39,834 nucleotides of DNA from an uncultured Rhodothermales bacterium (GTDB taxonomy: Bacteria > Bacteroidota > Rhodothermia > Rhodothermales > UBA10348), in the NCBI GenBank assembly GCA_964466675.1, contig CAYXSE010000001.1, positions 1,580 through 41,413 on the forward strand, read 5' to 3'. Positions 8,980 through 17,654 of the stretch are shown in pieces. Within the stretch, counting starts at the first letter, position 1. Each line of letters begins with the position of its first letter. Below the pieces are notes generated by a model. The model was not told the origin of the DNA. It did no database searches and worked only from the letters and a program-made list of their open reading frames with translations. The position numbers and the translations under genes are program-made.

Positions 8980-11900
8980 TTACTTCAGCAGAAGCATGGT
9001 CTTGGTGAACACCCGTGAGCCCGCGGTGAGGCGGTAGATGTAGACACCAGAGGCCAGGCTGCGAGCATCGAAGCTGACCACGTAGCGACCCGGAATCTGC
9101 TGCGAGTTCACCAGCGTGGAGACACGGCGCCCGAGGAGGTCGTAGACCTCCAGGCTTACCTGCTCGGCTGCTGCGATGTCGTACCGGATGGTGGTCGCCG
9201 GGTTGAACGGGTTGGGATAGTTCGCGTGCAGTTCGAACGAACCCGGTACCTCGTCTCCCTCGATGGCCGTTCCCGCTCCAATATCACCCAAAGATTCTGG
9301 CCACAGCTTGAAATTGCTGAAGCTGTAGCTCCAGATGCCCTGGATGAACCCGAAGGTCTGACCCTCGGTCAGGTTGTCGTTGAAGTCTCCCGGGAATTCG
9401 TTGGACTGGTCATCCACACGAACGAACACTCCGGAGCCAGCATTACCGACCGTAAACTCGCCGAAATCATCTGGAGCATCAGCCTGATTGGTCCCGACTT
9501 CGACGCCCTCCATGCGAACGGCCATGCTCTCATGCGCTTCGGCGATCGCGGGATCGGAGAGCGCGCTCGAAGTGACCGTCCTGTAGCCGAGGCCCGATCC
9601 GCCGGTCGACTCCACGGTGAACGTGTATGCCGCGAGGCGAGTGAGCCCGAAACGCTCTTCGACGCGTGCGTTCGTGATGTTGATTACGTCTCCACGGCGC
9701 AAGGCGTCGGTCTCGGACGACCCCCTCATGCTCACACCCGTCCAGGGTGCCAGGCCGGAGTCGTCCTGGATGGCGACGATCCCTGAAGTGGCAGGATCAG
9801 ACATCACCGTAGCGGTGATGGACATGTCCGTGGTCACATTCCGGAATGGCCCGTCTCCGGCGTTTCCATCCGCAGTGGTCTGGATATGGGCGATTTGTGT
9901 GATGCCGCCTGTGAGTACACGATAGGTCTGACTCGGATCACCTTCCACTGACCGGGCGCCGGTGTTGTCCACGGCGTCCACGAAGTAGGTGATGAACGTA
10001 CCATCAACTTGCCCGGGGATGGTGAAGGTGTAGGTCCCATCACCATTGTCGACACCCGGCGTGGTCAGACTGCCACCCGTATTCCCGTCGATGTAGTTCA
10101 GGTCCACCGATGTAAGGCTACGAGTGGGGTCCGCCGACACGGCCGCTGTCACGGTAATGGGATCGGTGCCCGGTACGAAGTCAGGCTTGCTCAACCCTGT
10201 TACGAGCGGTGGGGTCTCTGTGATCTCGAGATCGCTATCCGCAAATGGAACGATGCTCAGGATTTCCCGAACCGGAACGCCACGGTTGAACGGGTCATCG
10301 CGCTGGTAGACCACGAATCCCTGCAGGTTGATTCGGGCTCCCGGAGGGGGAGGCACGAAGTCATCGTCCAGCCCGTTCCAACTATCCGGGTAGCTGCCGC
10401 GGTCGTTCCGGTAACGGAGCGACATGTCGTAGAAACTCACCACGGTGGTCCCACCGTCGGAGCTGACAATCCAGTTCGGACGATCGCTCGAAATGTCGCG
10501 AGCCACGAGCGTGGCACCCTCCAGGCGGACAAACTGGCCGCTCATGTCGGCCAAGTTACTCCAGTTGGGCTGGACGCCTCCGTTGTTGTCCACGCTCTTG
10601 TTGACGTCGGATGACACAACGGTGACGGGGTCAAGGATGCTTGCGTCCAGATTGAAGTCCTGGTAGCTGCCAAGGAGCGTCACGGTCTCCGGGGCCAGCT
10701 GCATGGAAGTCCCGAAGGGGGCGACCGTGCCGGTGATCTCCACGACATCTCCGATGGTCGTGTTGATCAGACCGGTCGTTTGGTACTGTCCGTCGACCAC
10801 CTGAATGCCCATGCCCTCGGGGCCGAAGGCGCCCGCAGCGACGTCACGCACGTAGACGTGGATACGATCGGGGTTGATTCCGTCGGTGAGGTTCGCAAGG
10901 CCAGAACTGAGGGTGTCGCTCAACACCACTACTCTGATGGTCACGTTCGTACCGACCAAGGAATTCCCAATGAGGTCAGCAATCGCGCCGGGGTCTAGTC
11001 CGGGGCCAGCCGCCTCGAGGGTGGAGACTTGGTCTTGTGGAATGGCATTGATGTCCCGGACGGAAAAGCCGATAGCGGTTTCCACGAGATCGGACGTGGA
11101 CTCAGGCCACAGTTTGTAGTTGCTGAACGAGTAGGACCAGAGACCGCTTGCCGACGCGAAGGGGCGGCCGGGGTTCAGTCCATCGTTGAAGCTGCCTGGG
11201 AAGTCGCTGGACTGATCGTCTACCCTGAACCCGTCGCTGTCCGACGGGGCTCTGAGCGTGAACTCGCCGAAATCGCTAGGCGCATCCGCCTGCGGCGTTC
11301 CAACAACGACGTTCGAGGCCGTGACCCACACGCCTTCGAAGGATTCCCGGGAGTCAGACGAAGTCAATTCCGACGGCAAAACGGGGGTGCTAGGTAAGCC
11401 TGCGCCTCCTGTCGAGGTTACGGTAAAAGTCAAGTCATCCAGCCGTGTAAGGCCGAAGCGTTCCTCGATCTTCGCATTCGTGATCTGGATGACATCTCCC
11501 CTGTTCAGGCCGTCGGTGGCCGAGGATCCGCGGATATGAACACCGCTCCAAGGGCCGGTGGCGTCCTGAACCGACAGAAGACCAGAAAGCGAGGTCTGCG
11601 TCATGACCGTGACCATGAGATCCATGTCCGTCGTCAGGTTGCGGAATGGGCTGTCGCCGGCGAGACCATCAGCTGTGGCCTGGATGTGCGACACGGACGT
11701 GATGCCGTTCGCCAGGAACCGCGTGCCGCCGACCGGATCCATTTCCACCGAGGAGGCGCCGGTGTCGTCTGTCGCGCGAACCCAGTAGGTCACGAACACG
11801 CCGTCAGCCTGTGCGGGTAGCGGGAAGATGTGCGTGTCGCCGCCCGTGTTGGCACCGTTTACAGTCTGTTCGGCACCATTGTCCGAAGTCGTGTAAATCA

Positions 11901-12930
11901 ACTCGACAGAAGACAGAGTCCTCGACGGATCAGCAGCCCCATCGGCCGAGATCTCAAGACCACTGGTCGCGGGGACGAAGTCTGGTTTGCTCAAGTTCGT
12001 GACCGTAGGCGGAGTCTCTGTCACCACCAGGTCAGAATCGGCGAACGGCACGATGCTGAGAATTTCTCTCACCGGTACGCCGCGATTGAACGGATCATCT
12101 CGCTGGTAGACCACGAAACCCTGGAGGTTGATGCGGGCTCCCGGTGGGGGAGGCACAAAGTCATCGTCCAGCCCGTTCCAGCTGTCCGGATAGCTGCCTC
12201 GGTCGTTGCGGTAGCGCAGGGACATGTCGTAGAAGCTGACGACCGTCGTTCCGCCGTCGGAACTCACAATCCAGTTCGGCCGATCACTGGAGATATCTCG
12301 AGCGACGAGGGTGGCTCCCTCGAGGCGAACGAACTGACCCGACATATCGGCTAGGTTGCTCCAGTTCGGCTGGACGCCTCCGTTTGCGTCGACACTCTTG
12401 TTGACGTCGGAGGAGACTACCGTGACGGGATCCAGGATGGTCGCGTCGAGGCCGAAATCGCCGAAGCTGCCGAGGAGCGTCACGGTCTCAGGCGCAAGCT
12501 GCATAGAGGTGCCGAACGGGGCCACGGTACCGGTAATGTCCACAACATCACCAATCGTGGTGTTGATGAGGCCGGTGGTCTGGTATTGGCCGTCGACGAC
12601 CTGGATGCCCATGCCCGCATTACCCATGGCAGCTGCGGCGATGTCGCGGACGTACACATGGATACGGTCAGGGTTGATGTCGTCTGTGAGGTTGGCGAGT
12701 CCGGAACTGAGAGGGTCGGTCATGATCACAACCCGGATGGTGACACTGGTGCCGACCAACGAATTCCCGATCAGACTCGCGATATCTCCGGCCTGGAGAT
12801 TCACTCCAGCCGCCTCCAGGGTGTTTACCTGGTCCTGCGGAATCGCGTTGATATCACGTACGGTCTGGCCGAAGGCCGGGCCTACCATGATCGCGAAAAA
12901 AATGAAAAAGGATGTAACTCTCTGTACCAT
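8980..12930 (-). CDS. T9SS type A cargo protein (1316 aa) built from two ~600-aa tandem modules with OB-fold-like and Ig-like domains
   Basis: Signal peptide; duplicated module starting VRDINAIPQDQV; OB-fold-like patterns (IGDVVDITGTV, LNRGDVIQITNAKIEERFGLTRL, ESFEGVWV, WSYSFSNYKLWP) resembling those of secreted nuclease-associated proteins; CTD NYPNPFNPATTIRY...LASGVYIYRL. Confidence 0.85.
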   Translation of the reverse strand: MVQRVTSFFIFFAIMVGPAFGQTVRDINAIPQDQVNTLEAAGVNLQAGDIASLIGNSLVGTSVTIRVVIMTDPLSSGLANLTDDINPDRIHVYVRDIAAAAMGNAGMGIQVVDGQYQTTGLINTTIGDVVDITGTVAPFGTSMQLAPETVTLLGSFGDFGLDATILDPVTVVSSDVNKSVDANGGVQPNWSNLADMSGQFVRLEGATLVARDISSDRPNWIVSSDGGTTVVSFYDMSLRYRNDRGSYPDSWNGLDDDFVPPPPGARINLQGFVVYQRDDPFNRGVPVREILSIVPFADSDLVVTETPPTVTNLSKPDFVPATSGLEISADGAADPSRTLSSVELIYTTSDNGAEQTVNGANTGGDTHIFPLPAQADGVFVTYWVRATDDTGASSVEMDPVGGTRFLANGITSVSHIQATADGLAGDSPFRNLTTDMDLMVTVMTQTSLSGLLSVQDATGPWSGVHIRGSSATDGLNRGDVIQITNAKIEERFGLTRLDDLTFTVTSTGGAGLPSTPVLPSELTSSDSRESFEGVWVTASNVVVGTPQADAPSDFGEFTLRAPSDSDGFRVDDQSSDFPGSFNDGLNPGRPFASASGLWSYSFSNYKLWPESTSDLVETAIGFSVRDINAIPQDQVSTLEAAGPGLDPGAIADLIGNSLVGTNVTIRVVVLSDTLSSGLANLTDGINPDRIHVYVRDVAAGAFGPEGMGIQVVDGQYQTTGLINTTIGDVVEITGTVAPFGTSMQLAPETVTLLGSYQDFNLDASILDPVTVVSSDVNKSVDNNGGVQPNWSNLADMSGQFVRLEGATLVARDISSDRPNWIVSSDGGTTVVSFYDMSLRYRNDRGSYPDSWNGLDDDFVPPPPGARINLQGFVVYQRDDPFNRGVPVREILSIVPFADSDLEITETPPLVTGLSKPDFVPGTDPITVTAAVSADPTRSLTSVDLNYIDGNTGGSLTTPGVDNGDGTYTFTIPGQVDGTFITYFVDAVDNTGARSVEGDPSQTYRVLTGGITQIAHIQTTADGNAGDGPFRNVTTDMSITATVMSDPATSGIVAIQDDSGLAPWTGVSMRGSSETDALRRGDVINITNARVEERFGLTRLAAYTFTVESTGGSGLGYRTVTSSALSDPAIAEAHESMAVRMEGVEVGTNQADAPDDFGEFTVGNAGSGVFVRVDDQSNEFPGDFNDNLTEGQTFGFIQGIWSYSFSNFKLWPESLGDIGAGTAIEGDEVPGSFELHANYPNPFNPATTIRYDIAAAEQVSLEVYDLLGRRVSTLVNSQQIPGRYVVSFDARSLASGVYIYRLTAGSRVFTKTMLLLK
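9290..12864 (-). repeat. Intragenic tandem duplication, period ~1800 nt
   Basis: Copy 1 begins at 12864 (TVRDINAIP) and copy 2 at 11064 (SVRDINAIP), offset 1800 nt; the KLWPES ends are offset 1806 nt. Confidence 0.95.
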
Positions 12931-12959
12931 GACTGGCTGTGGGTTGGTGAGCTAGGCTG

Positions 12960-15137
12960 CTACTTGATTATAACGAACTTGCCCCGTTGAAGGTCACCGC
13001 TGTCCAGGTTCTTGACCGTGAACAGGTAGAGTCCTCCGGCGATGTTGAGCGAGTTGTCGGACAGAATGTCCCAGGAGTGTTCGCCGCCAGGAAGGCGACG
13101 GTTTTCTGCGCTGAACGCATCGTACCACCGGATGTCGCCCTTGTAGGTGTCTGCGTCGTGCCGCAGCTCCTTGACGATCTCTCCGGCAAGTGTATATACC
13201 CGGATCTCGGCGCGAGGGGGCAAATTGTAGAAATTGAGCCTGCGGGTCCGGTTTGTACTCCCATCCCACGCGGCATTCACACGGTAGGGATTGGGATAAA
13301 CGCCCACTGTTTTAGATCCGTCTTCGTCCGCAGGTGTGCCAGGGAAAATTCGGGTCGCGTTGGCCACGCGGGATGACTCGAACGAGGGAAGGCCGACGTC
13401 GGAGTCTCCTGTATCGAACGCCGTCAGGGTAAACAGATACTGCCATCCGCTGAGCAGGTTGTCGACTTCGAATCGGTACCAGTATTCGAAAGGGTCGTCC
13501 GGGAAGCTGACAGGGACATCCAGCAGGACCTCCGCGAAGCCATTGTTGAACCCCGACTGATTGGCCTCCTTGTCAAACTGCGCGACCAGGCTCGCGCTGT
13601 CGAGGATGTTGCCTGATCGGTCGTCTCCGGGATTGCTGCGATAGATTCGATACCCCTCAAAGTCTCGCACCCCGGTGACAGGGTCGATGGATTCTTCGGC
13701 CGTTCGATCCCAGTACACCACGACGCGACCATCTTGCTGGCCGGTGACCGGATCGATCTCGTTCTCGAATTCCACCCGCATATGAGGTGACGCGGGGGGT
13801 TCCGGGATCAGGTACCGGTCCAATACACCGTTTCCGTTCACATCCTCGCCCAGATCCAAGCGCCCGTTGTAGTTGTTGTCCTCGCCGGCGAATGTTCTTC
13901 TCGCCCACTCGAGATTGTTCACGAGGAACTCACGACTGTCTTCGGTATCCACCGGTTTTCCTCCCGCACCCTGAAATTCCTCTGGTTTGAGAGCACCGAC
14001 AAAGGCGAATGAGGCTCGGAGCGTGTCTCCCGGCGCGACCCTCCGGAAGGGCCCGGCGGGTGTGAGGCCGATCCAGTTGCCAGCCGCACTCTGACCGTCC
14101 GAGGCGAGTCTGGCTCGCCACGTCTCTGTGGCCAAGTCGAACTCCGCGGATGATGGGAAGGAGGCCGGATTTGGGTATGGCGTAGACATCCGCTCGTACT
14201 TGTCTACATCCGCAGACGGTCGGGTAAACGGCTCTACGCCGCCGCTGAAGTTCCACCAGCGAGGGTTTACGGCCGGTGCCGTGTACCCATCTCGCTCGTA
14301 TTCGTCGCCCAGCGTCGGATAGAAGAATCGCGTGGATCCGGTGGCAGGATCTCTCCAATCTGCTCCGAGAAACGAGATGGCGCCATAAGTATTAATCGTC
14401 TCCTCGGCCCCACCGGCGTTCCACCCGTAGGATGTAGTGAGACTGTCCAGGAAGCCATACCCACCCTTGTTGAAGAAGGCGCCACCACTTTCCGTGGTTG
14501 TATTGATGTTCCGCGTGACGATGTCGTGGTACATCCCTACGTATACGCTGTCCCAGGCCGCGTCGCTGATGTTCACGATATCGAAGTTCACGATCACGAA
14601 ATACTCCGTGAAGGGGAAATTCCAGGCGTAGGACTCCATGGTCACCTTCGCGCCGAGTTGGCCTTCGACGTCGGGCATCTGCAGCGACGTACCTGGTAGC
14701 ACGGCCGAGGTGTCTACGAAGGTAGCGATGTAGTCCAGATGGCTTACTGCCGCGCTGGTAAAGGCGTCCGATTCAGGTAGCGTAGATCTCCGAAAAATGG
14801 GCGTGGCCTGCGCGAATTCGTATCCGGTGGCGCCGGGACGATATCCGTTGGACACGGTGACGGCTCCTGTTCTAACCGTGGTGATACCGTCGGATCGGAT
14901 CGCTCCGATCCAGAGTCCTGATTCGAATAGGTGCTCCACGCCGGAGTCCAGCGGATACTCCATAGAAGGTGGCCCTACTGGCGCATTGCGCACATTGGCG
15001 CGTCCGAAGAAACCGGCATTGGTCACAGTTAGTCCAATGTTGCCGATGTCAACAACAGCATCTTCGAACGACTGACCCCAGGCAGTTGCTGGAGTCAGTA
15101 GAGAAAATAAGAAAACGGCCGAAACCAATCGACTCAT
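12960..15137 (-). CDS. Large secreted hypothetical protein with variant T9SS-like CTD (type found beside TBDR/PorV-like genes)
   Basis: Start reassigned to ATG 15137 (MSRLVSAVFLFSLLTPATAWG signal peptide). Motifs DIGNIGLTVTNAGFFG and EYPLDSGVEHLFESGLWIGA; FN3-like DFEGYRIYRS; C-terminal VYPNPY...LNFYNLPPRAEIRVYTLAGEIV...WD...IAGGLYLFTV...GKFVIIK. Confidence 0.82.
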   Translation of the reverse strand: MSRLVSAVFLFSLLTPATAWGQSFEDAVVDIGNIGLTVTNAGFFGRANVRNAPVGPPSMEYPLDSGVEHLFESGLWIGAIRSDGITTVRTGAVTVSNGYRPGATGYEFAQATPIFRRSTLPESDAFTSAAVSHLDYIATFVDTSAVLPGTSLQMPDVEGQLGAKVTMESYAWNFPFTEYFVIVNFDIVNISDAAWDSVYVGMYHDIVTRNINTTTESGGAFFNKGGYGFLDSLTTSYGWNAGGAEETINTYGAISFLGADWRDPATGSTRFFYPTLGDEYERDGYTAPAVNPRWWNFSGGVEPFTRPSADVDKYERMSTPYPNPASFPSSAEFDLATETWRARLASDGQSAAGNWIGLTPAGPFRRVAPGDTLRASFAFVGALKPEEFQGAGGKPVDTEDSREFLVNNLEWARRTFAGEDNNYNGRLDLGEDVNGNGVLDRYLIPEPPASPHMRVEFENEIDPVTGQQDGRVVVYWDRTAEESIDPVTGVRDFEGYRIYRSNPGDDRSGNILDSASLVAQFDKEANQSGFNNGFAEVLLDVPVSFPDDPFEYWYRFEVDNLLSGWQYLFTLTAFDTGDSDVGLPSFESSRVANATRIFPGTPADEDGSKTVGVYPNPYRVNAAWDGSTNRTRRLNFYNLPPRAEIRVYTLAGEIVKELRHDADTYKGDIRWYDAFSAENRRLPGGEHSWDILSDNSLNIAGGLYLFTVKNLDSGDLQRGKFVIIK

Positions 15138-15230
15138 CTGGCGAACACTGGGTGGTGGAAATGGGGCCGGCAAAGGACCGCCAAGATCACACAACCAAAG
15201 GCTGAGCGCAAGCCCGTAATAGGGGCCGTC

Positions 15231-15941
15231 ATGAAAAGTTTGTCCACAATCTTCCTGTTTCTTCTCGTCTTCGGTTGCGCGTCGGACGAGGCAGACCCGT
15301 ATCGCATTGGAAGCGCTTCCGGCCCAGAAGGGACAGGTCGCTTCTTCATGGACCGGGAAATCGGATCTATGCTGGAGTCAGAACACCTCCAGCCCGGCTA
15401 TGAGCGTCCCTCGCGAGACGTCCGAGAGCTGCCAGCAAGATTGATTGCCGCCCTGGACCTGTCGCCGGCCGACCGTGTGGCGGACATCGGAGCAGGAGAG
15501 GGCTACTACGCGCTCCGGCTCGCACACGCCGTCCCTCATGGGCGTGTCTTCGCCGTGGATCTGCAGCAGGTGCTCCTCGACACACTGAGTGCGCGAGGTG
15601 AGAGGGCCGGCCTGAGGAACATCGAGACGGTGATTGGCACGGAGTCATCTCCGAATCTGGATCCAGAGAGCATCGACCTGGCACTCATCGTAGTGTCCTA
15701 TCACGAGTTCACCAGACCCCTGGAAATGCTCGACGCCCTGTACCACGCCCTCAGGCCTGGAGGGCGCCTGGTGATCGTGGAGTATAGAGGGGAAGACAGC
15801 ACGGTCCCCGTGTCTCGGCTCCACCGAATGACGGAACTTCAGGCCCGGAGGGAGGCTGAGTTCGTGGCCTTCGAGTGGTCACGGAATTTGGATGTGCTAC
15901 CCCAACAGCATGTGTTTGTGTTCAGGCGGCCATTGCATTGA
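15231..15941 (+). CDS. Class I SAM-dependent methyltransferase with lipoprotein-type signal peptide
   Basis: Motif I VADIGAGEGYY, VFAVD, ALRPGGRLVIVEY; N-terminal MKSLSTIFLFLLVFGC. Confidence 0.88.
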   Translation: MKSLSTIFLFLLVFGCASDEADPYRIGSASGPEGTGRFFMDREIGSMLESEHLQPGYERPSRDVRELPARLIAALDLSPADRVADIGAGEGYYALRLAHAVPHGRVFAVDLQQVLLDTLSARGERAGLRNIETVIGTESSPNLDPESIDLALIVVSYHEFTRPLEMLDALYHALRPGGRLVIVEYRGEDSTVPVSRLHRMTELQARREAEFVAFEWSRNLDVLPQQHVFVFRRPLH

Positions 15942-16077
15942 GATACGGGTAGGCTGATCTGGGGACCTTGTTTGTGATGCCCGTTGTAGATTGCCCGTGT
16001 CATTCCAACAAACCAGCGCTAGACCGGCATCCAAGCGCTTCCGGACCGCTCAGACGCCGAGCTTGCCTGCCATAACG

Positions 16078-16719
16078 ATGCGTGCTTGCCTCCCTGCCTT
16101 AATGTTGCTCGTCTCGGGGCTGATGGGTCCCGTATCGACGAGCGCTCAGCCCAACCGGCTCTACCTGAGTTCAGGAGTGTCCTATCCCATGGGACCGGGG
16201 GAGATCGTGGACTGGTGGCGAAGCGGGTTCGTTTTCGACGCCGCGTACGGAAGACAGGTCGGGAAGGGATTCGAGCTGACGTTGGGTGTTGGACATTCTT
16301 GGCTGCCCATTTCGCACAGCAAACTCTTGGCTACGGGAGTAGATCTGAATCTGGATGGCGGCGACTTTCGGGTGACTTCGCTTATCGCCGGAGTAAAGTT
16401 CGAAATGGAACGCGGAGCCTGGTTTCGGCCCTACCTACATGTGGGTCTGGGCTTGCACAGCGTATCCGTTGAGGCCCTGACCATAACCGTTTTGAACCCG
16501 GAGGAAGTCTGCCCGGGTGGGGGGGCCTGCTTGTTCAGATTCCAGCCGGCGGAACGGAGCCGGGAGTCGGCTCTCGGCCTGAAGATCGGCGCGGGAATCG
16601 CGTACTACCTGGGCGAGAGTAGCTGGCTTTTCGCCGAGCCGAACTACCATATCATTTTTCTGGATGGGGATCGAATTGGATGGGTCCCTATCCGACTGGG
16701 AATCGCCAAAGCACTCTGA
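16078..16719 (+). CDS. Small outer-membrane beta-barrel protein (OmpA/OmpW-like)
   Basis: Start reassigned to ATG 16078 (signal peptide ending STSAQ); FRPYLHVGLG, LGLKIGAGIAYY and other alternating beta strands. Confidence 0.75.
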   Translation: MRACLPALMLLVSGLMGPVSTSAQPNRLYLSSGVSYPMGPGEIVDWWRSGFVFDAAYGRQVGKGFELTLGVGHSWLPISHSKLLATGVDLNLDGGDFRVTSLIAGVKFEMERGAWFRPYLHVGLGLHSVSVEALTITVLNPEEVCPGGGACLFRFQPAERSRESALGLKIGAGIAYYLGESSWLFAEPNYHIIFLDGDRIGWVPIRLGIAKAL

Positions 16720-16741
16720 CGCGGCTGCCAGATCAATGCTG

Positions 16742-17488
16742 CTACTGAGACGTGAGCGCCAATAATTCCACTCGGAATTTGAGGGTGGCGTAGGGCGGGA
16801 TCGCTCCCGGCCGACCCTGGGCCCCGTAAGCCAGATGTGGAGGGATGGTGAGGTCACGAATGCCTCCGACCTTCATTCCGGCCAGCCCTTGATCCCAGCC
16901 GGCAATGACCCTGCCAAGCCCCAGCACAAAACCGAAAGGCTGACCCGAAATTCCTGTGGAGTCGAAGACTCTGCCGTCCAGGAACGTCCCCGTATAGTCG
17001 ACCAGAAGCGCTTTGCCGTTATAGGCTACCTCACCAGTTCCCTCGGCGATGACTTCAATGATGACGTCCTCGATGATGGAAAGCACGGTGATATCATAGA
17101 CGACAATCGAGTTGGGCGGGACAAGACAACTCCCGTCTCCAAGACAACGTCCCTGCCTGCCAAACGCGAGATGAGCGGGAATCGTGAGCCGGCGCCTGCC
17201 GCCCTCCTTGATTCCGACCAAGCCCTCCAGCCAACCCTCGATGACCTGACCCGGGACCAAGGTGAAAATCCAGGGTTCGCCTCGCTCTTCCGTCGAGTCG
17301 AAAACGGTACCGTCTTCCAACGTGCCTACATAGCTGACCATCAACGTTTGGCCCAGTTCGACGGGCGCACCATCGCCATCAATCAGGTCAACGACCTCAA
17401 GCGTGCCTTCATTACTGTCACCACCGGAATCACACCCTGCCACGGACACGACCGCGGCCAGGAAGATCATCAGAATTCTAGGTCGCAT
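16742..17488 (-). CDS. Lipoprotein FKBP-type peptidyl-prolyl isomerase with two FKBP domains
   Basis: Lipobox VAGC; two copies of Y.GT..DG.VFDS...VI.GW.(E/Q)GL.G.K.GG.R.LTIP.HLA(F/Y)G. Confidence 0.93.
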   Translation of the reverse strand: MRPRILMIFLAAVVSVAGCDSGGDSNEGTLEVVDLIDGDGAPVELGQTLMVSYVGTLEDGTVFDSTEERGEPWIFTLVPGQVIEGWLEGLVGIKEGGRRRLTIPAHLAFGRQGRCLGDGSCLVPPNSIVVYDITVLSIIEDVIIEVIAEGTGEVAYNGKALLVDYTGTFLDGRVFDSTGISGQPFGFVLGLGRVIAGWDQGLAGMKVGGIRDLTIPPHLAYGAQGRPGAIPPYATLKFRVELLALTSQ

Positions 17489-17654
17489 TCTACTCGCGTT
17501 CAGTTGGGTGGTCAGCGTAACTCATCCACACCTCCGGGGTTCGATCGCAGGAGGCAATCCTATGCCCGATGGGGCGCTGAAGCGTCCGAACGGCTGAAAA
17601 TCGGGGCCGGATAACCGACGCCAGGTTCGCCCCGAACGATCGGAGGCGCAAGCC

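Noticed and set aside
894-15137. Classical SusC/SusD polysaccharide utilisation locus
   Set aside because: No SusD-like protein, glycoside hydrolase or PUL regulator was recognised in the cluster, and the TBDR lacks SusC signature motifs.
17525-17650. Possible ncRNA (SRP/6S-like) between FKBP and mdh, with CCTCCG...CGGAGG end pairing
   Set aside because: No SRP GGAA-loop consensus or other recognisable motif; the pairing is short and expected by chance.
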